From: Podarcis muralis
Lineage: Eukaryota
Direction: 5' to 3'
Length of the DNA stretch: 64,000 nt
Assembly (NCBI RefSeq): GCF_964188315.1
Contig: NC_135658.1
Location: forward strand, 34,472,001-34,536,000
A program made the position numbers and the translations under genes. Under the pieces are notes generated by a model. It made no database searches. It was not told the DNA's origin and worked only from the letters and a program-made list of their open reading frames with translations. This document shows, piece by piece, positions 61,169 to 64,000 of this stretch. Within the stretch, counting starts at the first letter, position 1; the number at the start of each line of letters is the position of its first letter.

Positions 61169-61805
61169 GTAAGGAACTATTAGACATGATGTGATTCTGG
61201 TGTTTGCTTTCAGATAGATGGTAATGAAAGTAGCTTTGCTTTTAGGTTTTGTGTTGAACAAGGGGTGAATAGGAAGGTTGTGTGGCCCTTCCACCCTAAA
61301 ATATTAATCTGAGCTCTGGGAAAGGGCCTTAGGCTTATCACAGATCTGTCCACTGGCCCTTGAAGGATTTACAAACATCCCGTCTTGGATGATGGAAGGC
61401 TGTTAGTGAGAATGGACAGGTCCTTACAATGCAGGTTACTTCATCTTAATGTTCAACTAGAGCTTCTCTTGGATAAACCTGTTGACTAGCTTGTGGACCT
61501 CCAGATATTGTTGGACTACAACTCCCATAATCCCTGGCAATTGGTCATGCTGCCTTAGACTTGATGGGAGGTGGTGTCCAAGAACATTTGGATGACCACA
61601 AGTTGCCCATGCTTGGATGAAGGAACATTTTCTACATGTCAGATCCAATTCCTTCTGTTCCCTGAAGGATGGGGCACCACAGCGGGACACTTAGCAAATA
61701 GTTTTACCTGCCAGGCAGTTGAGTCAGCAAGTTAAGATATCCAGCACCAAACATGCCTATCACTCCCTGATTTCTGTTTTGTTCTATGCTGCTTTTTCTT
61801 CCCAG

Positions 61806-61922
61806 CGGATGATATGGGCTTAGGGAAGACTCTGACCATGATTGCTCTTGTTCTGGTTCAGAAGTGTTTACAGAAAGACAAAGGGAAAGAGAAGAAACTG
61901 GAGCTTTCAGTGTCAAGGCAAG
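61806..61922 (+). CDS. TTF2: TTF2 exon 10 (Walker A)
   Basis: (A)DDMGLGKTLTMIALVLVQKCLQKDKGKEKKLELSVSRQ(D). Confidence 0.96.
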
Positions 61923-62114
61923 GTACAGAAATAACAAGATACCGCCAATTTTAGCAGCACCGTCTGCACTTGTTTTTCACCATTTAATAAAATGAGATTC
62001 TCTTACTGGTTGGAAAGCAAATGTGGCAAAGACTGCCTGCAGTATTATGATCTTTTCTGCGTCACTGAGACGTTACCGTGAAACATCTTTACCTGTTAAT
62101 GTTTGCATTTCAAG

Positions 62115-62265
62115 ATACCTCTGTAATCGCTTCCCACGGCACGCTGATTGTCTGCCCCGCATCTTTGATCCATCACTGGAAAAAAGAGGTAGAAAGACAC
62201 GTCAGAAGTGGCAGGCTGAGAGTCTGCCTGTACCATGGATCCAACCGAATTAAGAACACGACTGT
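62115..62265 (+). CDS. TTF2: TTF2 exon 11 (motif Ia)
   Basis: [49 protein letters not shown](V). Confidence 0.96.
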
Positions 62266-63626
62266 GTAAGTGCACAGCTTCCAGCTCATTGGAAGTTAAA
62301 GAGCCTTAGCCTGGTCCAAAGCTTAGGTATACTGAATTGCAGAAGCACAGGCATAGAGAGCTGATGCAACATAGTCACTTGAGTTAAGCTAAAGAACACC
62401 ATTTTTTTGTTGTTTGAGCCAATTTGCTCCCAAAGTGCCTTAAGGACCATACGATTCCTTATGCTCCACCTCTGAGATCCTCTCTTGGGACACTTTTGAT
62501 GGTTTCCCACACTTCAGCTGGCCTTCAGTAGACACTGAGACTTTAGTGTGGCAGGTACTGCCCTTTGGAACTCCCTACCAGTAGAAGTTCAGCAAGAACC
62601 ATCCCTCCCATCTTTCTGACACTTATGGAAAAAGCGACCCTGGCGCAAAGACTGCTTTTAAGCTCTCAGCCTTGCTAGCTCTGGAACAGGTAGATATTCT
62701 CTCGTGAGACCTCGCGGGACAATCTGACCTGTGAGATCTCGCAAGAGCACCCCCACCTTCCATGTGTATACTTGAAACTGCAAGCTAAATGCGCATAAGA
62801 TGTGGGCAATGGACATACTGCAGCTGTGTCCTGCTTTGTGTATCTTGTTGCTGGAGGCCATTGCTACACGTCCTTACAAAGCGAATGGGAAGTACTTCAT
62901 CAGTTATTGGGCGTGTTGTCTCATCTGGTGTCGACATACAAGTTCTGTGGCACCACATGTTCTACTTTGTCTCTTCCTTTCCCCATCTCTGCCAAGAAAA
63001 TATACACACAGTTGATAGAAGTCAAGTTTATTATTACAATATTCAATTTATATACCTCCCTTTTTCAAAAGATCCCTGGGCAGTGTACAACGTTAAGAAC
63101 ACATTTTACAGAGCACTATAATAAAAGCATAATAAGAGGCAGCATAATAATAAACTAGTAATAAGAGCCCGCCCCCCAGTATTAACAGGCCATAGAACAC
63201 TTAATGGCCAAAAGCCTGGGTAAAGAGGAATGTCTTGTAATAATGGTGCCAGGCAAGCCTCTCTGGGGAGAGCATTCCATAGACAGGGAGCCACCACAGA
63301 AAAGACCCCGCTCTTGAGTTGCCACCCTCCAAACCTCTTGGGGAATGGGTGGGGACATAGAGAAAGACCTCGGGTGACAAGTTTGCCATTGGTTCCTTCT
63401 TTTCTGTTTTTAAGAAGACTCTGTGCTGAGTTATTCACAGGCTGTGGCTCCAAGCACCCTTATTGGAGAGTAAGCCCATTGGACACAATGGACTTTATTT
63501 CTGAACAAGCACACGTATGATTGGTGCTTGTGAGCTTTTGGAAGCAGCTACACTGATTCTGCATCAAGATTAAAATCCTAAAGTGGTCGTATTGCTTACC
63601 AGCTCTCCCTCTCCTCTTCTTCACAG

Positions 63627-63732
63627 GCTTTCTGAATATGACATTGTTGTCACTACTTACAGTATTCTTGCCAAGGAAATCCCTACACAGAAGGAAGAAG
63701 CAGAAGTTGTTGCTGACGACCACGTTGTGCAG
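63627..63732 (+). CDS. TTF2: TTF2 exon 12; gene continues beyond the right edge
   Basis: LSEYDIVVTTYSILAKEIPTQKEEAEVVADDHVVQ; donor gtgact. Confidence 0.94.
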
Positions 63733-64000
63733 GTGACTGAAAACGTGCCAGACTTGCTTTTAGGAGGTGCTGAGATAAAAGCTTCATTTTAGTCTTAAAA
63801 TGCGTATGGTGGGTAGCCTTGCCATCAGATTGGTTTGTGCCAAGTTAGTAATAAGGATATCATGCATCGCATCTGAGTTGTGTAATTGCAGAGAAGAGGA
63901 GAATTTAGCCAAAAATAATAATAATTAAGTCTCAAGTTGAAATATGTTTTTTCAAATTTTATTTGTTTGAAATATTAAATCCTTATTACAGAAGGAGTAC

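Overview
This is eukaryotic (vertebrate) genomic DNA. The repeat content (Sauria SINE, BovB, CR1, L2, hAT and mariner MITEs) points to a squamate, probably a lacertid lizard. I reconstructed five spliced protein-coding genes by hand from GT-AG boundaries and reading-frame phase. On the minus strand: TBX19 (exons 1-2, gene runs off the left edge), SFT2D2 (8 exons, 160 aa, complete) and TIPRL (7 exons, 268 aa, complete). On the plus strand: GPR161 (5 coding exons, 521 aa, complete) and TTF2 (exons 1-12, runs off the right edge). CpG-island promoters precede SFT2D2, TIPRL, GPR161 and TTF2. Most ORFs in the supplied track are spurious or are exon read-throughs. I found no CRISPR array, rRNA or bona fide tRNA, and no clearly novel multi-gene system. 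The best leads are: a GPR161 upstream ORF whose stop overlaps the main start (AUGA); a 126-bp TG..CA element nested in a solo LTR; a GPR161-TTF2 adjacency that differs from human synteny; MITEs carrying the same ACTACA-TCCCA motif as the SFT2D2 promoter; SINE target sites that match the SINE tail; and several candidate alternative splice or polyadenylation features. Gene names and orthologue comparisons come from recalled protein sequences, not from database searches.
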